The notes under the pieces: generated by a model | Databases searched by the model: none | Seen by the model: the letters and a program-made list of their open reading frames with translations, nothing else | Told to the model about the DNA's origin: nothing | Source: Thermoflexus sp. | GTDB lineage: Bacteria > Chloroflexota > Anaerolineae > B4-G1 > SLSP01 | Assembly (NCBI GenBank): GCA_020722365.1 | Contig: DYKY01000002.1 | Location: 8,266-55,251, forward strand | Direction of reading: 5' to 3' | Length of the DNA: 46,986 nucleotides | Part shown: piece after piece, positions 17,143-27,500 of the stretch | How positions within the stretch are numbered: the stretch's first letter is position 1 | Layout of the letters: each line of letters begins with the position of its first letter | Program-made: the position numbers and the translations under genes

Positions 17143-19263
17143 ATGAGTGATCGTAAATCAGAGCCTGCACCCGAACAAAAGGGCGGGTCTGCTGTCAATC
17201 TGGAGACGCGGCGAATGCGTGGCCTTTCGCAGCGGTTGCGGCAGCCACTATTCCCGCGACCAGAACCCTCGGTGGCGCCGAAATCCTCAGCGTCGCCACA
17301 AACGCATCTGGTGGAGGAGCCGCTTTCGGGAACGCCGGCCGGTGTGCCTGCTGCTAAACCTGACGGTTCAGTATCAGGTGCAGCGGCATCGGCAGAAACG
17401 CAGCAAATTGCCGGGAAGCCTCAGGTCTCGTATGAAGGCTTGCTTTCGGCGGGGGTGCAATTGCAAGGTCGCTACAAGATCCTGGGGGTCATCGGGATCG
17501 GTGGTATGGGGGCAGTTTACAAGGCTCAAGACTTGCGTTTTCCGGGCGTATTGCGTTTGTGCGCGGTGAAGGAGATGATCAACACGGCATTGGACTCGCA
17601 AGTGCGACAGATGATCGTGCGCAACTTCGAGCGCGAGGCGAGTATTCTGGCGACACTGGGGCATCCCGCGATCCCACAGGTTTACGACTACTTTACCGAA
17701 GGCTCGCGCTGTTATCTGGTCGAAGAGTTCGTGACGGGCAAGGACCTCGAGGCGCGCCTGGCAGAGGCGGAAGGCTTTTTCTCCGAGGGCATGGTCGCCG
17801 ATTGGGCTGTGCAGCTCTGTGAGGTGCTTTCGTATTTGCATAACCACAAACCGCGTCCGATCATCTTTCGAGACTTGAAGCCCTCCAACATTATGTTGGA
17901 CGATCATGACCGGATCCGTCTAGTTGATTTTGGCATTGCTAAGCTTTTTCAGAGTGGCGAGAAGGGCACGATGATTGGCACCGAGGGCTATTCTCCCCCG
18001 GAGCAGTATCGCGGTATCGCCGAACCACGCGGTGATATCTATGCGCTCGGCGCCACGTTACACCATCTCTTGAGCAAACAGGATCCACGCCTGGAGCCGC
18101 CTTTCTCTTTTCATGAGCGTCCTATCCATAAGACAAATCCTACCGTTTCCCGCGAATTGATCGGGGTGATCGACAAAGCGCTGGAGTATGACATTAACAA
18201 GCGTTGGGGGTCGGCGGAAGAATTCCGGCGCGCTCTCGCCGCCAGCCTTTCGATCAAGATCGGCAGCGGATCGTTGGGTGACAAAACGGCAACTTTTGAT
18301 ACGGGCGTTGTCAAACCGCTGTGGAAGTTTGCCTGTGAAGATGAAATCCGCGGCTCGGTGACGGTAGCTGACGGTATGGTTTTTGTGCCTTCGTATGACC
18401 ACAATGTGTACGCTTTAGCTGAGGATAACGGTAAATTCTTGTGGAAGTATCCGACCGAAGGCGGCATTGCCTGCAAACCCTGGGTCTCCGAAGGGATGGT
18501 AATTTTTGGTTCGATCGACAAAGTGATTTATTCCGTGGATGTTAGAACCGGACATTTGCTGTGGACGGCGCCGACACAAGGGCGGATTTTCTCGTCGCCC
18601 TTTGGCGAGTTAGGGCACATTTTCATCGGTTCTGACGATCGACAAATCTATGCCATCCACCAGATGTCTGGTCGGCGCGCGTGGACCTATGCGGCAGATG
18701 GCGAAATCCGTTCGCGGCCGCTGGTGGCAGAGAGTTTGATTCTGTTTGCATGCCAGATGGGTATGGTGTACGCGTTGAGCTTAAACCGCGAACAACGCTG
18801 GCGTTTCCGCGCGCGACGCGGCTTTCTAGCCTCACCGGTGATGCACAATGGATTGGTATTCATTGGATCGCTGGACAATCATTTCTATGCCCTGGATGTG
18901 CGCTCCGGTTGGGCTGCCTGGAAGTACCGATCTGGCGGAAGCATTGTCTCGACGGCGGTGATTTGGAAAAACATGGTCTTTTTTGGATCCAGCGATGGCT
19001 TCGTATATGCTTTGGATGCTGACGACGGGCGTGTCGTCTGGCGTTATCAAACCGATAACCAGATCACCGCTGCCGCGAACGTCGCCGAGGGCAATCTCTA
19101 CATTGGTGGTGTGGACGGCAATCTGTATTGCTTCGATGCGCTTACCGGGGCTGTGCGTTGGCATTATCAGACCGATGGCCCGATCACCGGCGCACCACAG
19201 ATTGCCGATGGCATTGTCTATATAGGTTCTGCGGATCATTACGTGTATGCGATTCCGATGTGA
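17143..19263 (+). CDS. Ser/Thr protein kinase with C-terminal PQQ-like beta-propeller (AfsK-like architecture)
   Basis: GIGGMGAVY, AVKE, FRDLKPSN, DFG, SPPEQ; repeated GS.D..YAL....G...W.Y; no TM. Confidence 0.93.
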   Translation: MSDRKSEPAPEQKGGSAVNLETRRMRGLSQRLRQPLFPRPEPSVAPKSSASPQTHLVEEPLSGTPAGVPAAKPDGSVSGAAASAETQQIAGKPQVSYEGLLSAGVQLQGRYKILGVIGIGGMGAVYKAQDLRFPGVLRLCAVKEMINTALDSQVRQMIVRNFEREASILATLGHPAIPQVYDYFTEGSRCYLVEEFVTGKDLEARLAEAEGFFSEGMVADWAVQLCEVLSYLHNHKPRPIIFRDLKPSNIMLDDHDRIRLVDFGIAKLFQSGEKGTMIGTEGYSPPEQYRGIAEPRGDIYALGATLHHLLSKQDPRLEPPFSFHERPIHKTNPTVSRELIGVIDKALEYDINKRWGSAEEFRRALAASLSIKIGSGSLGDKTATFDTGVVKPLWKFACEDEIRGSVTVADGMVFVPSYDHNVYALAEDNGKFLWKYPTEGGIACKPWVSEGMVIFGSIDKVIYSVDVRTGHLLWTAPTQGRIFSSPFGELGHIFIGSDDRQIYAIHQMSGRRAWTYAADGEIRSRPLVAESLILFACQMGMVYALSLNREQRWRFRARRGFLASPVMHNGLVFIGSLDNHFYALDVRSGWAAWKYRSGGSIVSTAVIWKNMVFFGSSDGFVYALDADDGRVVWRYQTDNQITAAANVAEGNLYIGGVDGNLYCFDALTGAVRWHYQTDGPITGAPQIADGIVYIGSADHYVYAIPM

Positions 19264-19283
19264 CCTGGAACTGTGGGGGAAGA

Positions 19284-20246
19284 ATGGCGGATATCAAGGC
19301 TTGGTTGCGTAATAGATTTGGTAAGTCAGCGCGGCGTGCGCAAGAGGAAAGTGCCGCCGCGAGTCTGTTCAAAAAGCCCGAAACGGCCCCGATTGAAGGG
19401 GCGGAGGCTGAACGTGCTCTGGCAGAGAGAGGGCGGCGCGCCTGGGAGGCTTCGGGCGTTTTCTCCGTCGGGTGGTGTACCGACGTGGGACGTGTACGCA
19501 ACCATAACGAAGACGCGCTTTTTATCCTGTCTAGCGAACAGGAGGCGAACAATGCCGCCCCCCCGTTTGGGCTTTTTATGTTAGCCGATGGGATGGGCGG
19601 GCACCAATCCGGTGAGGTTGCCAGCGCGCTGGCGCTGCGGGCGGCTGCCGGCTGGTTGCTTTCTCATGTTTATTTCCCTCTGGTGGATGGTACGGATCGT
19701 GGAGCCGATCAGCCTTCGTTAACCGACATGGTTCGTGAGGCCATCTCGCATGCTAACCGGGTTGTTACGCGCGACTACCCCGGCAGCGGCAGTACTTTAA
19801 CGTGTGGCATGATCCTCGGAGATCGTCTTTTTGTGGGGCATGTTGGGGACAGCCGCGCCTACCTGTTGCGTGTGGGTCAACCTGCCAGACAATTGACCAA
19901 GGATCATTCGCTGGTCAATCGCTTGATAGAAATGGGGCAGTTAACTGAGGAAGAAGCAGCAGTCCATCCGCAACGCAATGTGTTGTATCGGGCGATCGGG
20001 CAAGGCGCAACGCTGGAAGTCGATGTTTTCACCTATGCGCTCGAACCTGGAGATCGCCTGCTTCTGTGCAGCGATGGCTTGTGGGGAGCGGTAGACGAAG
20101 CAGAAATCTGGCGCTTGATCCAAGAAGCGCCGACACCACAGCAGGCTTGCGTACAGTTAGTCGCAGCAGCCAATGCGGCTGGTGGCAACGACAATATCTC
20201 AGTCGTATTGGTTGAAACCTGGCGTGGGCAAAGCCAGGGGGTGTGA
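19284..20246 (+). CDS. PP2C-family Ser/Thr phosphatase
   Basis: [37 protein letters not shown]; start set at ATG 19284. Confidence 0.92.
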   Translation: MADIKAWLRNRFGKSARRAQEESAAASLFKKPETAPIEGAEAERALAERGRRAWEASGVFSVGWCTDVGRVRNHNEDALFILSSEQEANNAAPPFGLFMLADGMGGHQSGEVASALALRAAAGWLLSHVYFPLVDGTDRGADQPSLTDMVREAISHANRVVTRDYPGSGSTLTCGMILGDRLFVGHVGDSRAYLLRVGQPARQLTKDHSLVNRLIEMGQLTEEEAAVHPQRNVLYRAIGQGATLEVDVFTYALEPGDRLLLCSDGLWGAVDEAEIWRLIQEAPTPQQACVQLVAAANAAGGNDNISVVLVETWRGQSQGV

Positions 20247-21715
20247 TGACAACGATTGACTCCCAGAAAGACTATTACGCGGCCCTAAATGTCTCCCTGA
20301 ATGCGGACGACGATGAAATCAAACAGGCCTATCGCGAAAAAGCACGTGAGTATCATCCCGACAGCGGACATGGTGATGCGGAGCGTTTCCGGGAAGTCCA
20401 GGAAGCCTACGAAGTTTTGCGCGACGAGGTCTTGCGGCGTGCCTATGACCGGCAGCGGGAGAAGCGGGGACTTTCTGAGGATGCGCTGGTGGGCTTGGCC
20501 TTGTCGCAGAGCCGCACCGAAGCATACCCTCTAAATGAACCCCAAGTGTTCTATGTTCTGGTTGATATTGCGCCGCACACTGAGGAACAAAAGGAAGTTA
20601 CGCGCCAACATTTGAACGTTGCCCTGGTGGTCGATTGCAGTACCTCAATGAGTGGCGTGCGGATGCAGAATATCAAGATCGCCGCTACGGACCTGATCGA
20701 ATCTCTCGACTCTCACGATCGTCTGGCGCTCGTCGCGTTCAGCGATCGCGCTGAGGTGTTGGCGTCGACGCATCTGATGGACAACCCGCGCATCTTTAAA
20801 TCTGCGTTGGCTGCGTTGATTCCCAGTGGGGGCACCGAGATCTACCAGGGTTTATTGGCTGGACTGGAAGAAGTGCGCCGGTATGCTTCTCCGGAGATGG
20901 TTAACCATGTCATTTTATTGACGGATGGTCGCACCTATGGAGATGAGATGCGCGCGCTGACTGAGGCGCGGCGTGCTGCCGCTGAAGGGATCGGTATCTC
21001 CGCTTTCGGGATCGGCGAAGACTGGAACGATGAATTCCTGGACGATCTGGCACGGAGTGCAGGCGGCGTCTCGCGTTATATTCGCGTTCCCTCGGATGTG
21101 CGCGCTGCTCTTAAGCGGCAAATCCAGGGATTGAGCACTATGCTGCTGCAAAATGTGAAGCTGGAAGTGAATGTGGCTCCGTACGTCCATATCCAGGCGG
21201 TTTATCGAGCGGCACCCTATTTGGAAATTCTGGAACATTCGGAAAACAACGTCATTGCTCTCGGCAATGTGATGGCGGATGAACCGGTATCGGTGGTGTT
21301 GGAAATCGTTGTTGCTCAAGCCGTTACAGGTGAGCGTCGCATCGCACGGTTGGATATGGTCGGTGAGCCGATCACTGCTTCTGAACCAATTCGTCTGCGT
21401 CAGGACGTTACTGTGACGTTTACGCTGGAACCTAAAGAGGAATCGGCGCCGACCAATTTACTCAACCGCCTGGCCCGGCTGAGTGTTTTTAGTCTCCAGG
21501 AAAAAGCCTGGAGAGCACTGGGTGTAGGAGATGTGCACCAGGCGACTACCTATTTGGAATATGCTGCAACCCGGTTGTTCGATATGGGCCATCGAGATCT
21601 GGGTCAGGCTGCGATGTTGGAAGTCAGCCGGCTTATGCATGGCGGCGATCCAACCAAGGAAGGCCGCAAGAAATTACGCTATGGCACTCGAAGTCTAACA
21701 TCCCCTGTGCGATAG
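20243..21715 (+). CDS. DnaJ-domain + vWA-domain protein
   Basis: DYYAAL..IKQAYR..YHPD J-domain; MIDAS DCSTS, GGT, LLTDG. Confidence 0.9.
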   Translation: MMTTIDSQKDYYAALNVSLNADDDEIKQAYREKAREYHPDSGHGDAERFREVQEAYEVLRDEVLRRAYDRQREKRGLSEDALVGLALSQSRTEAYPLNEPQVFYVLVDIAPHTEEQKEVTRQHLNVALVVDCSTSMSGVRMQNIKIAATDLIESLDSHDRLALVAFSDRAEVLASTHLMDNPRIFKSALAALIPSGGTEIYQGLLAGLEEVRRYASPEMVNHVILLTDGRTYGDEMRALTEARRAAAEGIGISAFGIGEDWNDEFLDDLARSAGGVSRYIRVPSDVRAALKRQIQGLSTMLLQNVKLEVNVAPYVHIQAVYRAAPYLEILEHSENNVIALGNVMADEPVSVVLEIVVAQAVTGERRIARLDMVGEPITASEPIRLRQDVTVTFTLEPKEESAPTNLLNRLARLSVFSLQEKAWRALGVGDVHQATTYLEYAATRLFDMGHRDLGQAAMLEVSRLMHGGDPTKEGRKKLRYGTRSLTSPVR

Positions 21716-21740
21716 TTTGGGGCAAGTGGGAGGAGAAAAT

Positions 21741-22268
21741 ATGACACAGAAAGCAAACAAAGTCGTTTGTCCCTCGTGTGGGGCGGAAAACCTGCCCGGA
21801 ACACTCTTCTGCATTCAGTGCGGCACCTACCTGCCATCGGGCGGCCCTTTGCGTACGGAGCCGCTTCCAGAGCAGGAAGACGGTCGCCCTGCTCGTCCTC
21901 GTCAGGAGGGCCAGGAGGGTGAAGAAGCGTGGGCGCTGAACATTGAAGTCGAGGTGCTGAACACCGGCCGAAAAGTGTTGCTCTCGGCAGACCGCGAAAT
22001 CCTGGTGGGACGCCTGGACGCGGCCCACGGTGTTTTCCCGGAACTGGACATGACAACCGATGGTGGCCTGGAACAGGGCGTTTCACGACGCCATGCCCGG
22101 ATATATACGCGGGAAGGAACGTGCTTTGTCGAAGACCTCGACAGTACCAATGGCACATTTTTGAATGAAGAGCGAATTACGCCTTATTTGCCCTATGCTT
22201 TTCGTGATGGCGACCTGTTGATGTTTGGCACGATGCGCTCGAAAGTGCATATCTACCCCAATCATTAG
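21741..22268 (+). CDS. Zinc-ribbon + FHA domain protein
   Basis: CPSCG..FCIQCG; LVGR, VSRRHA, DLDSTNGTFLN; AGGAG RBS before ATG 21741. Confidence 0.9.
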   Translation: MTQKANKVVCPSCGAENLPGTLFCIQCGTYLPSGGPLRTEPLPEQEDGRPARPRQEGQEGEEAWALNIEVEVLNTGRKVLLSADREILVGRLDAAHGVFPELDMTTDGGLEQGVSRRHARIYTREGTCFVEDLDSTNGTFLNEERITPYLPYAFRDGDLLMFGTMRSKVHIYPNH

Positions 22269-22286
22269 CGGAATAGAGGAGTCACT

Positions 22287-22529
22287 ATGGCACAAACCGT
22301 TTTGATACATGTCATGAACGAAGATGCGATTGTCGGAGAGATTGAGGAACTTCCCGATCAAAACGCACCGTTTCTCAAAGTCTCCAGTCCGCGTCTGCGA
22401 GATGGGCGTGATGTCTCCTATTTCTTGCCGGAGACAAACATTGTACTTATCCCCTGGACCCGCATCCATAGCATCGAAATCATGCCGACCGAGGGAGAGG
22501 AAAAGCTTGTTACCTTTATCCGCGAGTAA
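22287..22529 (+). CDS. Small hypothetical protein
   Basis: 80 aa, GAGGAG RBS, operonic spacing, beta-rich pattern. Confidence 0.7.
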   Translation: MAQTVLIHVMNEDAIVGEIEELPDQNAPFLKVSSPRLRDGRDVSYFLPETNIVLIPWTRIHSIEIMPTEGEEKLVTFIRE

Positions 22530-22560
22530 TCCAGAAACGACGATTCGCGACGTTCACCCA

Positions 22561-23262
22561 TTGGTATTGGTAGTGGATGACGAACCTCGAATCATCCGCT
22601 TTGTGCGCATCAACCTGGAAATGGAAGGTTTCCGCGTTATCGAAGCCGCCAATGGGTTGGAGGCCGTGGATCAAGTCCGCGAGAAAATGCCCGATGCAGT
22701 GCTGTTGGACGTTTCGATGCCGGAGATGGACGGCTTCGAGACTTTGAGGATGATCCGTGAGATATCCAGCGTGCCGGTGGTCATGTTGACCGTGCGCAGT
22801 TCTGAAGAGGATAAAGTGCGCGGGCTGGATCTCGGCGCTGATGATTATATCACCAAACCATTTAGCCCCCGCGAGTTGGTAAGTCGCTTGCGCGCCGTCT
22901 TGCGCCGGGTGCAAGCCGCGTCACCCACCAGCGCCTCCGTTTTGGAGATTGACGACCACCTCAGCCTGGATTTCAATACCGGCGAAGTGCTGGTGGAAGG
23001 GGAGCGCATCAAATTGCGTCCCATCGAGTTCCGGCTACTGCGTCATTTGATTGAAAACGCCGGATGGACTGTCCCATACAGCACGTTGCTTTCCAAAGTG
23101 TGGGGGTATGAATACAAAGACGCGGTCTCCTATCTGCGTCTGTACGTCAATTACTTACGGAAGAAGATCGAGCCTGATCCGGCAAACCCACGTTATATCT
23201 TCACGGAGCGGGGGATGGGCTACCGTTTTGCTGATTTTCGTCGCCAACAAGTTGAAGAATGA
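22561..23262 (+). CDS. OmpR/KdpE-family response regulator (start uncertain; TTG 22561 chosen)
   Basis: [26 protein letters not shown], w[26 protein letters not shown]. Confidence 0.9.
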   Translation: MVLVVDDEPRIIRFVRINLEMEGFRVIEAANGLEAVDQVREKMPDAVLLDVSMPEMDGFETLRMIREISSVPVVMLTVRSSEEDKVRGLDLGADDYITKPFSPRELVSRLRAVLRRVQAASPTSASVLEIDDHLSLDFNTGEVLVEGERIKLRPIEFRLLRHLIENAGWTVPYSTLLSKVWGYEYKDAVSYLRLYVNYLRKKIEPDPANPRYIFTERGMGYRFADFRRQQVEE

Positions 23263-23271
23263 GAGGGCTAT

Positions 23272-23790
23272 GTGAAGTCTTACAAAATCGTGATCACCGG
23301 CCCATTTAATGCCGGCAAGACAGCTTTTATTCACACCATTAGCGACATCGCAATGGTCACCACCGAGCGCCGGATTTCCGATCCTGGCGTGGCGACTGCC
23401 GGCAAGTCTGAGACAACCGTGGCGATGGATTATGGTCAAAAACGACTTGGCGATGCGCTGTTGCACCTGTACGGCACGCCAGGGCAGGCCCGCTTCGAGT
23501 TTATGTGGTCGATTTTGGCGAGAGAGATGGATGCGTTTGTGTTGCTTGTGGACAGCACTGATAAGGTCAGCTTGCTGGACGCCAAGCAAGTGATGTGGCA
23601 ATTCCGCAAACAAGCCAAAGTGCCATACGTGGTAGCCGCCAATAAACAGGATCACCGTGCTGCCCTACCGCCGGCAGAAATCCGGCGGCTGTTGGCTGTG
23701 TCGAAGGATGTGACAGTTATGCCGTGTGTCGCTCATGAAAAGGAATCGGTCTTGCGAATTCTGGAGCATGTGCGCCGGTTGTTAAGATAG
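23272..23790 (+). CDS. Small Ras-like GTPase (MglA/conservon CvnD-type)
   Basis: GPFNAGKT, TTVAMDYG, GTPGQARF, ANKQD. Confidence 0.88.
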   Translation: MKSYKIVITGPFNAGKTAFIHTISDIAMVTTERRISDPGVATAGKSETTVAMDYGQKRLGDALLHLYGTPGQARFEFMWSILAREMDAFVLLVDSTDKVSLLDAKQVMWQFRKQAKVPYVVAANKQDHRAALPPAEIRRLLAVSKDVTVMPCVAHEKESVLRILEHVRRLLR

Positions 23791-23909
23791 CCGGGCGGCG
23801 CCAGGGCAAGCGCGCTCGACACTGTTATATTCGATTTTGCCTTTAAGCGGCGGGCGTTGTTGCCGTATCTGAGTTTGGTCTCTCTCATCTGTCGACCGAA
23901 AGTCTGATT

Positions 23910-24359
23910 ATGCGTTGGAAGTTCGATCCGTTTCTGAATTGCGCTGCCGTGCGTGAGGCGCTGGCGCGGTTGATGCACGACCCGCGCTTTACACCCGCGC
24001 GTGTGGTGCAGGCTCTTCGCCGCGACACAGTTGTCGAAACCCCCTTGATGGTCGATGTGCACACGACGGCGGATGAAATCGTGGTGCAAGCATCGCTTCC
24101 TGGACTCAAGCCCAAAGATGTGGAAATCAAGCTCGAACGTGAGCGGCTGACGATCCGCGGCAAGTTCCCCGCGCCCATGACCAACGTCGCGTATGTCTTG
24201 CAGGAACGCCAGACTGGATATTTTTGCCGGATGCTCGCACTGAATGTGCCGGTGGATGGCACTCGCGCTGAAGCCCGGCTGGTGGATGGTGTGCTGACGT
24301 TGGTTCTGCCGAAGGTCCAGGAGCCGCAAACCAGGGTGACGTACGTACGTCCCAAATAA
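23910..24359 (+). CDS. Hsp20/alpha-crystallin family protein
   Basis: VDV..ASLPGL..DVEI..LTIRG..ER..G.F.R..A.L.DGVLTLVLPK. Confidence 0.88.
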   Translation: MRWKFDPFLNCAAVREALARLMHDPRFTPARVVQALRRDTVVETPLMVDVHTTADEIVVQASLPGLKPKDVEIKLERERLTIRGKFPAPMTNVAYVLQERQTGYFCRMLALNVPVDGTRAEARLVDGVLTLVLPKVQEPQTRVTYVRPK

Positions 24360-24560
24360 TGTGCTCCGAACGGTGTTCAAATTAAGCGCAGACCTTGCGT
24401 AAATTTTTGCGCCGCGAAACTCGCGCCGCGAAGAACCGCGCTTTGTCTGCGCTTGCTTTTTGCGTTTCCTAAGCTAAGATGAAGTCGTATCTCTTTGATT
24501 GCAAAGCGGCTGCGGTTTCTGCGATGAGGCCGGGAGCTGTTTGGTTTCTTTGGGGGAATT

Positions 24561-27500
24561 ATGCATAAATCGTCTTCGTGGTGGTTGTGGGCCACATTTC
24601 TGATCCTCATCATACTCGGATTGACAGGTTGCGAGCAGATACTTGTCAGCCTACCTGCATCTACCGCAACGTCCACGCCGGAACCCACGGCAACAATCGC
24701 GGCGACCCCTACGGCGACGCCAGAGCTGCCCGAGGGACCTTATCCGCCGGTTTTGCTCGGCTATGAACCACGTTTAGGTCAGGAAGTCGCTGCCGATGCG
24801 GCTACAATCAAGCTCTATTTCGATCAGCCGATGGATCAGGCAAGCGTCGCTGCGGCGTTGCGCGTGATGCCGCCTCTTGAAGGCGACTTTGAGTGGCCGG
24901 ATGATGCGACACTCGTTTTTCGTCCACGTGTCGTCGCGGCATCCACTCGCTACCGGGTGACATTGGCGGGCAATATGCGTTCGGCGGCGGGATTGCCCTT
25001 GTCCACAGAACTCTCTTTCGCCTTTTCGACGCTCGCGCCTTTGGCAGTTACGCGGGTGACACCGGCTGCTGGTTCACTCGACGCACGCGTTGATGCGCCG
25101 GCCCTGATCGTTTTTAATCGCGCCATCGTTCCACTCGCCTGCGTGGGGAAACCGGCGCAAGCGGGCGGCGAATGTCCCGCCCTTTCCTTGAGCTTTGAAC
25201 CTGCCGTTTTGGGTACGGGGATGTGGGTGGAAACGCCCGTTTACCGTTTCGATTCGTTGCGTGGGTGGGCTGCCGGCCGGGCGTACACCGCTACCCTGGC
25301 GGCGAATGTGGTGAGCGTGGAAGGGGTGGCGCTCTGCGATCCGGTGACCTGGTCTTTCAACACCGCATCCCCCGTGATTCAGGCAAGCATCCCGGCCGAG
25401 GGACAATCGGAAACTCCCCTGGAGACGGACATCCGCGTGATCTTCAATACACCGATGGATCAGGAAATTACCGGTAGCGTTTTCAGCATTGTCAATGAGG
25501 CGGGCGAGGCCGTTCCTGGTGCGATCACGTGGGAGGACAACGGAGCCGAGTTAGTCTTTACCCCCTTGACACGCTTGGACCTGGGGATGCGCTATACCGT
25601 GCAGGTCGGTGCGCGCGCGCGCGCGGCTACCAGCGCTCCTCTGGAGAACCCTCACAGTTGGACCTTCACTACCGTACCGTATCCGGCCCTCGTGGTCACT
25701 GCCCCTCAAGATGGGGCGGAGGACGTAGACGTCGCCGAGCCGGTGCGTCTGGCGTTTTCCGGCGCACTCGATGCGGCGACGCTGGCGCGACGCATCACCA
25801 TTACGCCGACGGTGGAAAATCCATACACCTATTTCGACGTAGCCGCGAATGTGTACAATCTTTCCTGGGAGAAACAACCGCAAACAGAGTATTGCGTGCA
25901 GCTTAAGCCGGGCATTGCCGATGTGTATGGCAACGTGATTACAACAAGCTATAGATCGTGTTTCGTGACCGGTGATTTACCGGCCTTCATCGCTCCGGCA
26001 AGCGCGGACAGTGCGGTAACGCTCGATGCGTCACAACCATCACAGCTTTACTTTTTGTTGCAGAATCGTGCTCGCGTTTCCTTCACGCTTTCTGAAGTGG
26101 CCGAGGCGGATTTTGTGCGTGGGCAGGATGTCGAAGGTGTTGTGGTTCGCAAGTGGCGGGAGACATTCACCGTACCGCGCAACACACCCTCGGTTGTCAC
26201 GCTGTTTTTGCGACGTCTCGCTAGCGCGCTGCCGACGGGTTATTATCACCTCGCGTGGGAGAATCCGCCATGGGGAAGGCAATCCCTCAACTTTGCAGTG
26301 GTAGATCGTCACCTGACGTTGAAACTGTCGGCGGAAGAGGCGCTGGTTTGGGTCACAGATTTGCGCAGCGCCGAACCCATCAGCCGCACCGCTGTGCGCC
26401 TGGTGGATCGCGCGGGGCTGCTTATCGCCGCCGGTACGACGGATGAGGATGGTTTGGCGCACATCCCTATCAGCCCGCGCGAAGATTTGTGGGAGAACGT
26501 AGCGGCAGTTGTCGGTGAACCCGGCGCGGCGGAATTTGGCGTGGCGCTGACTTCGTGGATGGGTGAGGCGGCACCGTCCGCCCTCGGGATTGCGCTCGAT
26601 GGCAGCATACTGTCGCCCTTTGTCGTCCACGTGTATACCGACCGGACGAGCTATGAGCGGGGGGAGGTGGTCCACTTCCGGGGGATACTGCGGGAAGAGG
26701 AAGGCCGTTATCTGCTGCCTTCGCTCGATGTGCCCATGCGGGTGATTTTACGCGAGGCCGTGGGGCGGGGAGTTTATTCGACCACGGTTGCACTGTCGGA
26801 TATGGGGACGTTTTCCGGCGCGTTGACGCTCTCAGAGAGCCTGGGGGTGGGAGACTATGTGCTTGAGGCATCCTTGTCCGGTGACGGCAATAACAGCCGG
26901 GGAACGGCCACCTTTGCTGTTGTCGCCCCCCGCGAGACCGCGTTGACCGTCGCTGTTTTGCCGGAGACGGCGGATTTGTTAAGCGGCGATCTAGTACGCG
27001 CCGTTATCACTGTCGATGATGTCTCCGGCGTCCCGGTAGCTGCCGCGCAGTTGACATGGACCGTTTACGCCCAAAGTTATCCGCTGTCGGTAGTCCCCTC
27101 TGAGGCGTGGCAGTGGCCTGAGGGCGCATTGGGCGATCCCGTTCTGGTTGCCTCGGGAGAAGCCGAGACGGATGCGGACGGCTGTTTTGCCCTCGAATTG
27201 CCGGCGGAGATACGGTCGTTCGGCCCGCAGCGCTGGATCATTGAGGCCACCGTGCATGGTGCAGCCACACGCGATACGCGCTTTCTGCCGGTCAGTGGGC
27301 AGGGGCAGGTGATCGTTCACCCGTCGCATTTTTACCTGGGCATGCGGCCGCGAGAGTGGGTGGCGCGTGCCGGTATGCGAACCGAAATCAGCCTCCTGGC
27401 GCACGACTGGGCGCAGCAACCGGTCGCCGGACAAGAGATCGCCGTCTCGTTGACCCACCGCGAGTGGTACCGTCTTCCTGGGGAGGATGCGCCCACGTGG

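Noticed and set aside
23791-23909. CIRCE or other heat-shock operator upstream of Hsp20
   Set aside because: No TTAGCACTC-N9-GAGTGCTAA-like sequence present
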